A stretch of 45,730 bases of DNA, taken from positions 1-45,730 of IMG/VR virus record IMGVR_UViG_3300045988_115899, one strand, 5' to 3'. Below, piece by piece: positions 7,406 through 16,262 of this stretch. Positions within the stretch are counted from its first letter, which is position 1, and every line of letters starts with the position of its first letter. Source of the stretch: a virus. Below the pieces are notes generated by a model, which made no database searches, had not been told where the DNA came from, and saw only the letters and a list, made by a program, of their open reading frames with translations. A program made the translations under genes and the position numbers.

Positions 7406-7445
7406 CAAAGATAAATATTTTATTTTAAACTCTAAAACTTTTTGC
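7406..7445 (-). promoter_or_regulatory. Bacteroidota-type promoter P3
   Basis: Minus strand GCAAAAAGTTTTA-N19-TATCTTTG. Confidence 0.55.
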
Positions 7446-7518
7446 TATTATTTTATTGCTTTCGTGTTGTTTTTAGCAATTCTTAACCAAAATAAAGCGT
7501 TTTGCGTGGACCAGTACC

Positions 7519-7550
7519 AAAAAGCGTGGCTATCTCACGACACCCACGCT
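7519..7550 (-). terminator. Rho-independent terminator ending the late/lysis operon
   Basis: Minus strand agcgtgg-N14-ccacgct followed by ttttt, 41 nt after the stop at 7591. Confidence 0.55.
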
Positions 7551-7590
7551 ACAAACATTTACATAAACACTATGTAGTACTAAGAAATCA

Positions 7591-8220
7591 TTATTTTGTT
7601 ATTGTTATAAACTCACACCCCGTTATTGTAGTATTGGGGTTGTCGCTCACAGCGTCTATTTTTCGGCTCTTTACTTTGTTTGTCCTCCAAAAAAGGAAAC
7701 GCTTGTACTTGACAGTTTCAACAATATTTATTTTGTCATAGGTATTTAAAGTACCTTTGAACTCGCCTGCCTTATTGATACAACCGTTAAGCGTGTACCA
7801 CTTATCGTATATGTTTATACATTTCATCGTATCGCCTAAATACACCGTGTCAGTGGGCAAATAAACGATACTGTCTTTTACCATTGTGCGAAACTTCGTT
7901 ATCGTATTTGTTCGCACCTTGACAATTGCGCCTGCGTGCTTTGGCTTAACGTCCATTTTCTTTATTAACGCTGCGTCCTCTGCTCTGTAACGCTTCAAGT
8001 CGTCAATTGTGAGCGTCAGCCCCTGCACACGCACAGCGTTTAAGCTGTCATCTATTTTGTAACGCTCAACGTCTTGCATCAAAGCACCCACGTTGTTGCG
8101 TTGCGTCTGCTCTCTCTGCTTGTAAATACTTGCCCGTTGCCAACCAAGCCAACAAGCCACAAGCAAAGCTATAAAGGCGGCAATTGCACCTATATATAAA
8201 TACATCTTTTTCGTTATCAT
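7591..8220 (-). CDS. Lysis-cassette protein, spanin-like (N-terminal membrane anchor plus coiled coil)
   Basis: TM segment YLYIGAIAAFIALLVACWLGW, then a charged helical region. Located directly downstream of the amidase. Confidence 0.4.
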   Translation of the reverse strand: MITKKMYLYIGAIAAFIALLVACWLGWQRASIYKQREQTQRNNVGALMQDVERYKIDDSLNAVRVQGLTLTIDDLKRYRAEDAALIKKMDVKPKHAGAIVKVRTNTITKFRTMVKDSIVYLPTDTVYLGDTMKCINIYDKWYTLNGCINKAGEFKGTLNTYDKINIVETVKYKRFLFWRTNKVKSRKIDAVSDNPNTTITGCEFITITK

Positions 8221-8228
8221 AACACCTG

Positions 8229-8834
8229 CTATTTGTTCATATATTGAATATAAGCTACTATCGCTTCTACGTGTGTAGCTACTATCTTTTGTTTACCCTC
8301 TTCCGACAATAACAACTTGCAATCTTGCTCGTTGTCCATAAAAAGATTTTCGGTGAGCACGGCGGGGCACTTGGTATCTCGACACATCGCCAAATTTTGT
8401 ACCCAATATCTTTGCGTTGGTGAGTAGTTCCGCACCTTAAGCCCCACCTTTTCTGCGCACTGTGCAAAGGCTGTCGCCAAGAACTTGCTCTTTTCCGATG
8501 CGTTAAGCCCTACAAAGACGCTCCAACCTCTTGCCGTCATTGGCTTTCCTGTGTTGCCTGCTGCGTTGCAATGAATGCTAACGAGTAAGCAATTACTTGC
8601 GCCAACGTCGGCACATATCCTATTGACACGTTTACAGCGTTCATTTAGTGGTACGTCTGTTTGTTCTGTTACCACCCGTATGCTCTCTACTCCTCGCTTT
8701 TCGAGTTCTTTTTGCACTAAAACGGCTATTTCCCGTGCGTATTTGTACTCAAATAATTGCGTACCGTCTTGCCATTTAGGGCTGCGTTTACCTGCTGTTT
8801 CAACGCCGTGCCCATTGTCTAATAATACTAACAT
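8229..8834 (-). CDS. N-acetylmuramoyl-L-alanine amidase (endolysin)
   Basis: LLDNGHGVETAGKRSP and VSIHCNA match Amidase_3 zinc-ligand motifs. Confidence 0.75.
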   Translation of the reverse strand: MLVLLDNGHGVETAGKRSPKWQDGTQLFEYKYAREIAVLVQKELEKRGVESIRVVTEQTDVPLNERCKRVNRICADVGASNCLLVSIHCNAAGNTGKPMTARGWSVFVGLNASEKSKFLATAFAQCAEKVGLKVRNYSPTQRYWVQNLAMCRDTKCPAVLTENLFMDNEQDCKLLLSEEGKQKIVATHVEAIVAYIQYMNK

Positions 8835-8841
8835 AACTAAT

Positions 8842-9360
8842 TTATTTTACTTTGTTCTTTTTGTCAAATTCCACCTCTTCGGGGTGCTCTCTCTCATATC
8901 GCTCGATTATCTCTTTAATGTGAGCTGGCATTGCTCGAGTGAACTCTAAGCGGATAACGTGGTAAATGATATGCAACGCCATACGGCGGGGGTATGCTAT
9001 TACCAAGTTGCGAAAAGCGTTTTGTATATATACGTACTCGAATACGTAACTTAACGTTTTAACGACTATCAAAGAAACGTTCTTATCACCTTGCAAGCTC
9101 ATCACCGAGTAGATAACGTATATTATACCCACATATAGCAAAAGTTCTTGCAAAGCGTTTTTGAACTTGCCAAACCTAAAGTTTTTGCACCGCTTTATTG
9201 CTACACCGTCAGCCCTCATACCTGCCCATATATTAAAGCCAAAGACAACCGCTAAGGCGTAAATATACGTGTTAGTAGCTGTATAATAAGCAAACATTGG
9301 CGACAAAGTGCCAATAAATACTAAGCGTGCCTGCTCTAAAGTAAATACTTTGTCAAACAT
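8842..9360 (-). CDS. Holin-like membrane protein (172 aa)
   Basis: Three hydrophobic helices and a charged C-terminus, immediately upstream of the amidase. Start trimmed to MFDK (ATG 9360) to remove the overlap with 9372..9830. Confidence 0.45.
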   Translation of the reverse strand: MFDKVFTLEQARLVFIGTLSPMFAYYTATNTYIYALAVVFGFNIWAGMRADGVAIKRCKNFRFGKFKNALQELLLYVGIIYVIYSVMSLQGDKNVSLIVVKTLSYVFEYVYIQNAFRNLVIAYPRRMALHIIYHVIRLEFTRAMPAHIKEIIERYEREHPEEVEFDKKNKVK

Positions 9361-9371
9361 TTTTATCCTCC

Positions 9372-9830
9372 CTATGCTAATAATGTATAATAAATCAAAC
9401 CAAACGCTGTAACCTCGCCTATGTAATAGGGCTTTGCAAAGCCTGCCCACTTGTACAAAAGCCAAAGCACCAACGCTGCCAATACAATGAAAGGGTGAAA
9501 TAACGCCACCCACACAACGCCACAAATAAGGGCTTCAAAAGCCCCTATTGCGTGCATTTTGTTTGCCTTATAATGTGGTGCTATGGCTACCGTCATAAGC
9601 CCCCATACCGCAAGAAGTGGTAGCAAAGAAATAACACCTTGCTCGCTCTTCGCTACCATAGCGGGCAACAGGCAAACAGCAACCACAAGCATTACTGCTG
9701 AAAACAACCACTTGTGTTTACCTATGTAGAAGTTATCGCTTACGTATTCACGCATACCATACAAAAAGCCCATAGCGACCAAATAAGTCGCTAAAGTAAG
9801 GGCACTAATTAAAGCTGTGAACAATTCCAT
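9372..9830 (-). CDS. Polytopic membrane protein (152 aa, 4-5 TM)
   Basis: Almost entirely hydrophobic helices. First gene of the lysis cluster, so possibly a second holin/antiholin (inference). Confidence 0.6.
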   Translation of the reverse strand: MELFTALISALTLATYLVAMGFLYGMREYVSDNFYIGKHKWLFSAVMLVVAVCLLPAMVAKSEQGVISLLPLLAVWGLMTVAIAPHYKANKMHAIGAFEALICGVVWVALFHPFIVLAALVLWLLYKWAGFAKPYYIGEVTAFGLIYYTLLA

Positions 9831-9832
9831 AA

Positions 9833-10348
9833 TTATTTTGTTTTCAAGTTCAACTTCTGTGGATAATTAACCGTGTAGTCGTATTTCTCGACTGCCTCGA
9901 CAGACTTCAAGCCCCTAACATTGAATAGGTGCGTTTGCGTTGCATTGTGAGCCTCGTAAGCATAGCTTTCTATGGCATTTATCAACTTCAACGCAAGCTG
10001 GCTATTAAGTACCATTTTATGCCCATTCAGCCAAATAGTGCTCTCTTCCTTGCCTTTCTCAATATCTAATACAATATCTCGATGTATTGGTAGGCGTTTT
10101 TCTAAGTCTACCCACGTAGGCGCACCGTCCAACGTGAACTCATTCACGGCATTGCTATCATTGTAAGCAAGTATTTCCGTAACCTTTGCTTCGATAGCGT
10201 CTTTTAACTTATCTTCTGGAATTTCTACCTTTGTGTAACCACATTCCGACAACGTTTCTTCGGTTGGGTTGATAATAAAATCTTTTCCAACTTTGATATT
10301 TTGCCTATTATAGACTTCTCCTGTTTTTTTATTTATCCACTGTATCAT
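9833..10348 (-). CDS. Tail-fibre-module accessory protein (171 aa), possibly DUF4376-like
   Basis: Position after the fibre genes. The EILAYNDSNAVNEFTLDG ... YAYEAHNATQTH pattern is reminiscent of DUF4376, a weak call made by eye. Confidence 0.55.
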   Translation of the reverse strand: MIQWINKKTGEVYNRQNIKVGKDFIINPTEETLSECGYTKVEIPEDKLKDAIEAKVTEILAYNDSNAVNEFTLDGAPTWVDLEKRLPIHRDIVLDIEKGKEESTIWLNGHKMVLNSQLALKLINAIESYAYEAHNATQTHLFNVRGLKSVEAVEKYDYTVNYPQKLNLKTK

Positions 10349-10848
10349 ATTTTCTTTTCTATTACGTTATACTCCACCATATCTACATAATACAACGCAC
10401 ACCCTTGCATTACGTATACATTAGATATTGCAGGTCTATGCCCTTTATTACTTGGCAATATATTACCTTTAAAATCTCCATTCAATAATACAAGGCTATT
10501 CAATTCATTAGTTACACTATCAAGAGCCCACGCACCCATAGTATACAGCTTTCTTGGAAGTGATATTAGTAATGCTTGTTTATGATTGTAGTTTAATACT
10601 CTAAATGCCGACTCGCCTAACATCTTAACATCAACATTATATACTACCTTTCCAATGCCATTCTCATAGATGTGGGAAACAACTTCCAAACCTTGCTGTT
10701 TTCCCCAACCTCCAATGAAATTTTCATACTTTAATTTTTGACCATCAACTGGTATATACCAAATTTCATTATCAGGCTGTTTACTGAAATCAACGCCAAA
10801 TATCTGCTTATTGACTATTGCTGCCAAACGTCTTCTATAACCACTCAT
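10345..10848 (-). CDS. BspA-type leucine-rich-repeat-like protein (167 aa), compositional outlier
   Basis: LGESAFRVLNYNHKQALLISLPRKLYTMGAWALDSV resembles LRR_5 repeats. The gene is visibly more AT-rich than its flanks. Confidence 0.5.
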   Translation of the reverse strand: MSGYRRRLAAIVNKQIFGVDFSKQPDNEIWYIPVDGQKLKYENFIGGWGKQQGLEVVSHIYENGIGKVVYNVDVKMLGESAFRVLNYNHKQALLISLPRKLYTMGAWALDSVTNELNSLVLLNGDFKGNILPSNKGHRPAISNVYVMQGCALYYVDMVEYNVIEKKI

Positions 10849-10858
10849 AGCACCCTCC

Positions 10859-12649
10859 TTAATTGCTTATCAGTATGGCAACTCCATTTACAACACTACC
10901 TTGATACGTCTTGCCTTTTAATATTGTAGGCACAACTCCTTCGTACCACTCAACACCTTGCAATTGAAACTCGGTAACCTTGTTGGCTGGAGTAGAGAAT
11001 TGAAAACAATATTCAGCTAATATTGTAGGCTCTGTGTTAGGCACAAGCGACAAAGTAAGCCTTTCAACTTCACCCCACACGTGCATAACGTTTGGCATAA
11101 GAGCAAATGTTGTATCATTTGTGCCGTGATTGACTAATGCAATACGCCCGTCTTTGCCGTCATCGCCTTTCTTTATCTTTTTTGCCGCCTCGACCGCCTT
11201 ATCTATTTCCCGCTTTGCATAGTCGGTAATCTCGGCACTCCACCCATTTGAAAGCTGCGTAAACTCGCCGCCCTCCCACGTGTAGCACTTGCCCGTCGAT
11301 ATTTGGAAAAAGATAACACCACTTCGGGGCTTCACGCCGTCTGCCGTAACCTCTCCATAGTTGGCAACGTTGCCCCAACTTGAATAAAATTTGCCACCTG
11401 CACGGCAAAGGAATACCTTTTTTGCTGTGTCCCAAACGACATCGCCGCTAATTGTTGAACTCAATTGTACAATTGCGTTTTCTACGAAGTCAGCAAAAGG
11501 CACAGCAAAAGGTTTTTGCTCACCTGTCAAGGCTTCATCTTCGTTTATTAAGCGCACCCAATCGCTTTCGGTGGTTGAGAACACGCCCTTTTTGCATTGA
11601 TATAATACCCTTTCTTGCTTATCTTCTGAAATAAAGCTGACGAATAAGCATTTATCCTTGTGCCATTGTGAAAAGCTGGTGTTTGCTGCATTCAACACGT
11701 AATCTAACGTGTGCGCTTGATTATCGGGCGAGCCGTCAAACACTTGTGCCATTTGCTTTATATACTCTTCGTGGAACTCAAAGCGAGTACTTGCCCAAAC
11801 GTGCCACTTTGTCCACTCGTGTTTTTTTATAAAGCCGCCTGCAAAATCTCTTTGCAGCCCATAGTTGCGCCAATACTTTCTCGGTGCTTCGTAGAAGTGC
11901 CCACGTGTGAACTTTTCGTTTTGCAGCGTAAGGCGTGTTTCCACCACCTCTGTGAGTACTTGACGTTGGACATCGGCGTAAATATTCACAACACCTACTG
12001 TTTTGCCACCGTCTACGAGTGTATAGTAAGCGTTGCCGCCTTTCTTCACTAAGTCGATAGCTTGCTGTGGTGCTGTCGGAAAGGTGTTTAAATCATCAAG
12101 TGTTATTACTTCGCCACCTGCTAACAAGTTCGCCCATTTGGTAGCGTCGGTAGTCCACGCCCCTGTCTTGTTATAATAGGCTGCGTACTCACTCGTTGCG
12201 TTGTCAATGAATTTCACCGTAAGCCCACCCTTGCGATAACGTGCTGGCACTGCGTTAATAGCTTCCTGCAACGTGTACGATGCACCACCATTATTTGCGC
12301 TTACGTCATACTCTGTCAAGTAGTCAGCCGACACAAAGCCTGTTGTGTCTATGATTTGCTGCTTCGTCCACGTGTTGCCGTCATAGATAAGCGCAACAAC
12401 TTCACCACTTGCAACGTTGATATTTCCAAAGTTAGCGTAAATGCCCGCCGTTGATGCAAAGTAAATACATTTGCCCGCCGTGCTTGGCGTGTCGCTTGGT
12501 TGCGCCATACCGTTTACCTCGTAATCTTCGCCGAAAGTGTCGATAAACTTCAACAATATATTCTGCAATATATCGCCCGTTATTTCCTGCTTGCCGTTGC
12601 TCTTTATTACTCGCTTTACGGCTTCTTTTAATAATATGTAATTTGCCAT
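10859..12649 (-). CDS. Tail fibre / receptor-binding protein (596 aa)
   Basis: Size and position. The N-terminal KSNGKQEITGDILQNILLKFID motif is common at the start of Bacteroidota phage fibre proteins (from memory). Confidence 0.55.
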   Translation of the reverse strand: MANYILLKEAVKRVIKSNGKQEITGDILQNILLKFIDTFGEDYEVNGMAQPSDTPSTAGKCIYFASTAGIYANFGNINVASGEVVALIYDGNTWTKQQIIDTTGFVSADYLTEYDVSANNGGASYTLQEAINAVPARYRKGGLTVKFIDNATSEYAAYYNKTGAWTTDATKWANLLAGGEVITLDDLNTFPTAPQQAIDLVKKGGNAYYTLVDGGKTVGVVNIYADVQRQVLTEVVETRLTLQNEKFTRGHFYEAPRKYWRNYGLQRDFAGGFIKKHEWTKWHVWASTRFEFHEEYIKQMAQVFDGSPDNQAHTLDYVLNAANTSFSQWHKDKCLFVSFISEDKQERVLYQCKKGVFSTTESDWVRLINEDEALTGEQKPFAVPFADFVENAIVQLSSTISGDVVWDTAKKVFLCRAGGKFYSSWGNVANYGEVTADGVKPRSGVIFFQISTGKCYTWEGGEFTQLSNGWSAEITDYAKREIDKAVEAAKKIKKGDDGKDGRIALVNHGTNDTTFALMPNVMHVWGEVERLTLSLVPNTEPTILAEYCFQFSTPANKVTEFQLQGVEWYEGVVPTILKGKTYQGSVVNGVAILISN

Positions 12650-12651
12650 AG

Positions 12652-13791
12652 CTATTTAATTTTTACTGCATATTTGTTAGTGTCTTTTGGCGTTGTTGCT
12701 TTCACGTCTGCCGTTGTTATCTCGTATATATCTGTAATCCCGCAATAACCTCCTGTGGCGTTCTGCCCTGCTGGTATTATAATATCTATTTCGCCCGTGC
12801 CTTGCCCGCCATTGGCTATTGCCTGTACCCTCACATCATACATAACCGTCGTATCTGCCACCGCCTTTATTATTTCGTCGTTCTCTCCTGTAACACTAAG
12901 CGTTACTGTTATAACATCTGCTGGCTCGCCCGTTATATTGTAGTCGGCGTTGTAGTCTGTGTTGAAATCTCCATTACCGCTAATAAGCTGCGCCTTGCCT
13001 ATCTTCTTTGCCACCGTTGCCGTTTCAAATTCTGCCTCAACACTCGCCAAATCTCCCTGCGCCTGCCACTTTACCGTCATAAGGAAAGTATCGCAATCAT
13101 ACTCACGCCCCAACTCATCGGTAATAACAACGTTGTCGGACATACGCACAAAGCGCAAAGCGTCGCAAAGATACTCGGGGGCTATGAAAGCGAATTTAAA
13201 CACCTTTTCGGATATTTGCTTCTCGGGAAAAAAATAACCGTCCCTTGCTTCTCCCTCCTCTTCAAAACGATATTCGGGCTTTCCTACCTGTGTGTTTAGA
13301 TAAACGATATTATGATAGCGCACGCCCTCATAAACGATACGCCCACCGTCGAAAATGAAATCTTCTTCGCTCCACCACTCAACGCACACATAGCCGCTTG
13401 TGGTGCTTACGCCCGTAAACATTTCACTCGTCCACGTCTGCACGCCGTCGGAAATCTCCAAATAGTGTGCGCCTACCTCCATATTAATGCCCAAAGGCAA
13501 TAATGCCGTGTAAATGATAACGTCATACTCTTGCTGTGGAAATTCTTTTATAACAAGCCCTGCCTTAACAATGCTTTCCGTTATATCATCTACAAGCTCA
13601 CCGCAACACTTGTATAACTTCACACTTGCTATCTTATTTGCCCTATGCTCCCTTATTATTTGAAAGGGTAACAAAACATCTTGTGGGCAAAATAAATTGT
13701 ATATAGCCCCGTAAGCGTAAGATTTTCTATGATAGCGTTGTTCCTCACTATCATAGAAAGCCAAAGGTGTCAAATTATTGTTCTGTATCAT
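12652..13791 (-). CDS. Tail tip / baseplate-module protein (379 aa)
   Basis: Position between the large tail protein and the fibre. The C-terminal beta-rich Ig/Calx-like segment is a guess. Confidence 0.55.
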   Translation of the reverse strand: MIQNNNLTPLAFYDSEEQRYHRKSYAYGAIYNLFCPQDVLLPFQIIREHRANKIASVKLYKCCGELVDDITESIVKAGLVIKEFPQQEYDVIIYTALLPLGINMEVGAHYLEISDGVQTWTSEMFTGVSTTSGYVCVEWWSEEDFIFDGGRIVYEGVRYHNIVYLNTQVGKPEYRFEEEGEARDGYFFPEKQISEKVFKFAFIAPEYLCDALRFVRMSDNVVITDELGREYDCDTFLMTVKWQAQGDLASVEAEFETATVAKKIGKAQLISGNGDFNTDYNADYNITGEPADVITVTLSVTGENDEIIKAVADTTVMYDVRVQAIANGGQGTGEIDIIIPAGQNATGGYCGITDIYEITTADVKATTPKDTNKYAVKIK

Positions 13792-16261
13792 ATTTCAGCG
13801 TCGCTTTTACCATTCTACTGCACAAATTTACGGAAATTTTATCAAACTGCCCATTTCCAAGCGATGTTTTTACTAATTTGTTCGGGTTTGGGTCGTTCAA
13901 ACCTGCTGGAAATGATATTGTTTGCTTCTTTTTCCTATCGACAACCACGTTAAATAATGGCAACCCATTTATAATAACCTTACTTGCGGGCAAGTCGTAT
14001 TTATAAAATGCTGGTTGCAAGTATGCAAACGACAATAAGCCATTTTGCAACTTGTACTCAACGCCGTTTATCATAGTGGAATAAAATGGCAATTCACGCA
14101 AGCCGTCCACCACCTCTACATCGTCTACCCTAATATCTACCCAACCATTAACGTAGAAAGTCATTATATCATAACCTTTAGGCACTACGAATTGAAATAC
14201 TTGTTCCTGTGCGCTCGTATTTATCGTGAGAATATCGGTATATTCTTTTTCCCTATATAGGCGCAATGTTGCCGTACCCGTGTACCCTATGCCATTTTCC
14301 ACGTGTTGCCTTACAACGACTGTTAAGCGCACACGGTGTCCACCTACCTGCTTTAAGCTCCACCGTTTTTCTATTTCTCCGTTTTTCTTATCGTAATAAG
14401 TAGGGAAATATTCGCTCTCTTTAAATATCGCCCGTGCTGGTGTGGCTGCAAATATGGCAAAGCCGTCTTTACTCATATTATTTGGATTAAGCAACATTAA
14501 GTCTACATCGCTCGTAAAGCCACCGATAGTAATTTCTTCTATCTTGCCTTTTTGTACGTAGTTGCTCTTTATCTCGATAGGCAAGCCGTCAAACGCTTTT
14601 GTGCTATCATCTGCCCACCCAAATTGATAACGTTCTGCCATATCCACTTTATCAAATGAATATTCACCCTTTGCAAAGTCCCACGACTTGCCATTGCGCA
14701 CATTTAAAAGGCGTGTCAAATCATAGCCTACAACTTGCCCGTTATCATACGTGCCACCGTTATTGAAGTAGCTTACGTGCTCTATATGTAGCTTTTTATC
14801 CTCGATGTACCAATAACAGCGGAAAGCGTCTTTAAGCATTGTTAGAATGCTACGTAAAGTACATATTGCCTTGCGTGCTGGCTCTTGATACTCACCTATC
14901 AAAACATTGCTTTTTTGCGTAATGTACAAGCGTTGGTTTACCCTCGTTAGCGGGTTGCGCTCACTGTATAGGAATTGTGAGCACTCCTCGTTACTGTCAA
15001 ACGTTATATCACTAAATTGCTTCAACAATACGTTAATACAACTTCCAAGCTCATAAGCGTCTTTGAATAAGTAACTTGTGCGCCCCTCCATATCTGCCCA
15101 CTCATCGCCATAAACAAAGCTAAACCAAATGGACGCCGTTAGCCACGTAGTGCGTGCCACTGGGAAATAATTATCGCTTATCTCTGTGGGCTTTTGAAAG
15201 TATCGTCCGTCATCACGTCTGCCGTATTCGGTAGGCTCTTTGCTACTTGCAAGCGTTACCGAAATATTGCCCATTCGATAGCCTATTGCATAGCGATAGT
15301 TGCGATTGTTTTCCACAATATCGTTACTACCTATCTCGTAAGTGCTAACGGTGCTTATATTAGGCTTATCCAACAGTAGGCGCATATAAATATCTATGTT
15401 ATTAACATAGGCTTTCATAGTGCCTGTACCACCACTTACGCTACTCATAAGGTATTCATTGTTGAACTTCACGTTACTTGCAAGGGCTGCATATTTTTCC
15501 ACGTAGTCATCATACAATACGATAGTGCTAATATCAAAAATGCCGTCCTTTCCTTTAGTAACTTTAATATAGCATTTGTCATCGTCTTTTCGCCTACAAA
15601 TGTATATAGTATTGCCCCCCTGCTTTGTTGGTTGAGTGCACAAATAAACGCCGTTGTATTTTGGCTCGGTAGCCTCTGTAACGCTTATTTCCATAGCTTC
15701 ATAAGCAAGCGAAAAATACTTTTTCCGTATCTCCTTATCTTTAGTTATCGGTTCGGTTACATCTTGCTCCCAGCTCGACCCCAAAAGAAAACACGAAATA
15801 ATATTGTCGCCCAACTTATACACTTGGATAAGCGGACGTTTGGCTATTAACAGCTTATCCACCGCAATTGGTAGCTCTGCAAGGTTGTATTCCTTTTCCA
15901 TACCTGCCAAAACGTCGTTGTAATCGTCCGTTATCGTTGGCGATACAACCACTTTTTTATTGACGGTGTCCACCGTGCAATCTGTACGCATAAACGTGCC
16001 TTGCCAATAATTAAGCCACGTTTGCCCCATATCTACCGACTTTTTCAACACAACGGTATATGTAGTGTCAAAGGGGGCGTTCATTATTACTTCGTAGTCG
16101 TTGAGTATAAAGGTTAATTTCCCATTCAATTTTGCACGGAAAAACTTTTGCCCGCTCTCCTGCTCGTAGTCAAGCGTCAAATCATCTTTATAAATTGGAT
16201 TGGCAAGCACTTCCGTGCCTGCCTCTCCTATACGCAAATAGAACTTATAAATAGGGTTCAT
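13775..16261 (-). CDS. Large tail tip protein (828 aa; Dit/Tal position)
   Basis: Starts 2 nt after the tape-measure stop. Called from size and synteny. Confidence 0.6.
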   Translation of the reverse strand: MNPIYKFYLRIGEAGTEVLANPIYKDDLTLDYEQESGQKFFRAKLNGKLTFILNDYEVIMNAPFDTTYTVVLKKSVDMGQTWLNYWQGTFMRTDCTVDTVNKKVVVSPTITDDYNDVLAGMEKEYNLAELPIAVDKLLIAKRPLIQVYKLGDNIISCFLLGSSWEQDVTEPITKDKEIRKKYFSLAYEAMEISVTEATEPKYNGVYLCTQPTKQGGNTIYICRRKDDDKCYIKVTKGKDGIFDISTIVLYDDYVEKYAALASNVKFNNEYLMSSVSGGTGTMKAYVNNIDIYMRLLLDKPNISTVSTYEIGSNDIVENNRNYRYAIGYRMGNISVTLASSKEPTEYGRRDDGRYFQKPTEISDNYFPVARTTWLTASIWFSFVYGDEWADMEGRTSYLFKDAYELGSCINVLLKQFSDITFDSNEECSQFLYSERNPLTRVNQRLYITQKSNVLIGEYQEPARKAICTLRSILTMLKDAFRCYWYIEDKKLHIEHVSYFNNGGTYDNGQVVGYDLTRLLNVRNGKSWDFAKGEYSFDKVDMAERYQFGWADDSTKAFDGLPIEIKSNYVQKGKIEEITIGGFTSDVDLMLLNPNNMSKDGFAIFAATPARAIFKESEYFPTYYDKKNGEIEKRWSLKQVGGHRVRLTVVVRQHVENGIGYTGTATLRLYREKEYTDILTINTSAQEQVFQFVVPKGYDIMTFYVNGWVDIRVDDVEVVDGLRELPFYSTMINGVEYKLQNGLLSFAYLQPAFYKYDLPASKVIINGLPLFNVVVDRKKKQTISFPAGLNDPNPNKLVKTSLGNGQFDKISVNLCSRMVKATLKYDTEQ

Positions 16262-16262
16262 T

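Noticed and set aside
8842-9525. Long N-terminal extensions in the ORF track (8842..9525, 5679..6512, 5093..5749, 43632..44024, 1028..1870, 38850..39320, 31751..32338, 34741..36051).
   Set aside because: The extensions overlap the upstream gene by 70-190 nt or run through intergenic hairpins. An internal ATG placed 1-12 nt from the upstream stop and preceded by an A-rich leader fits the genome's packing much better.
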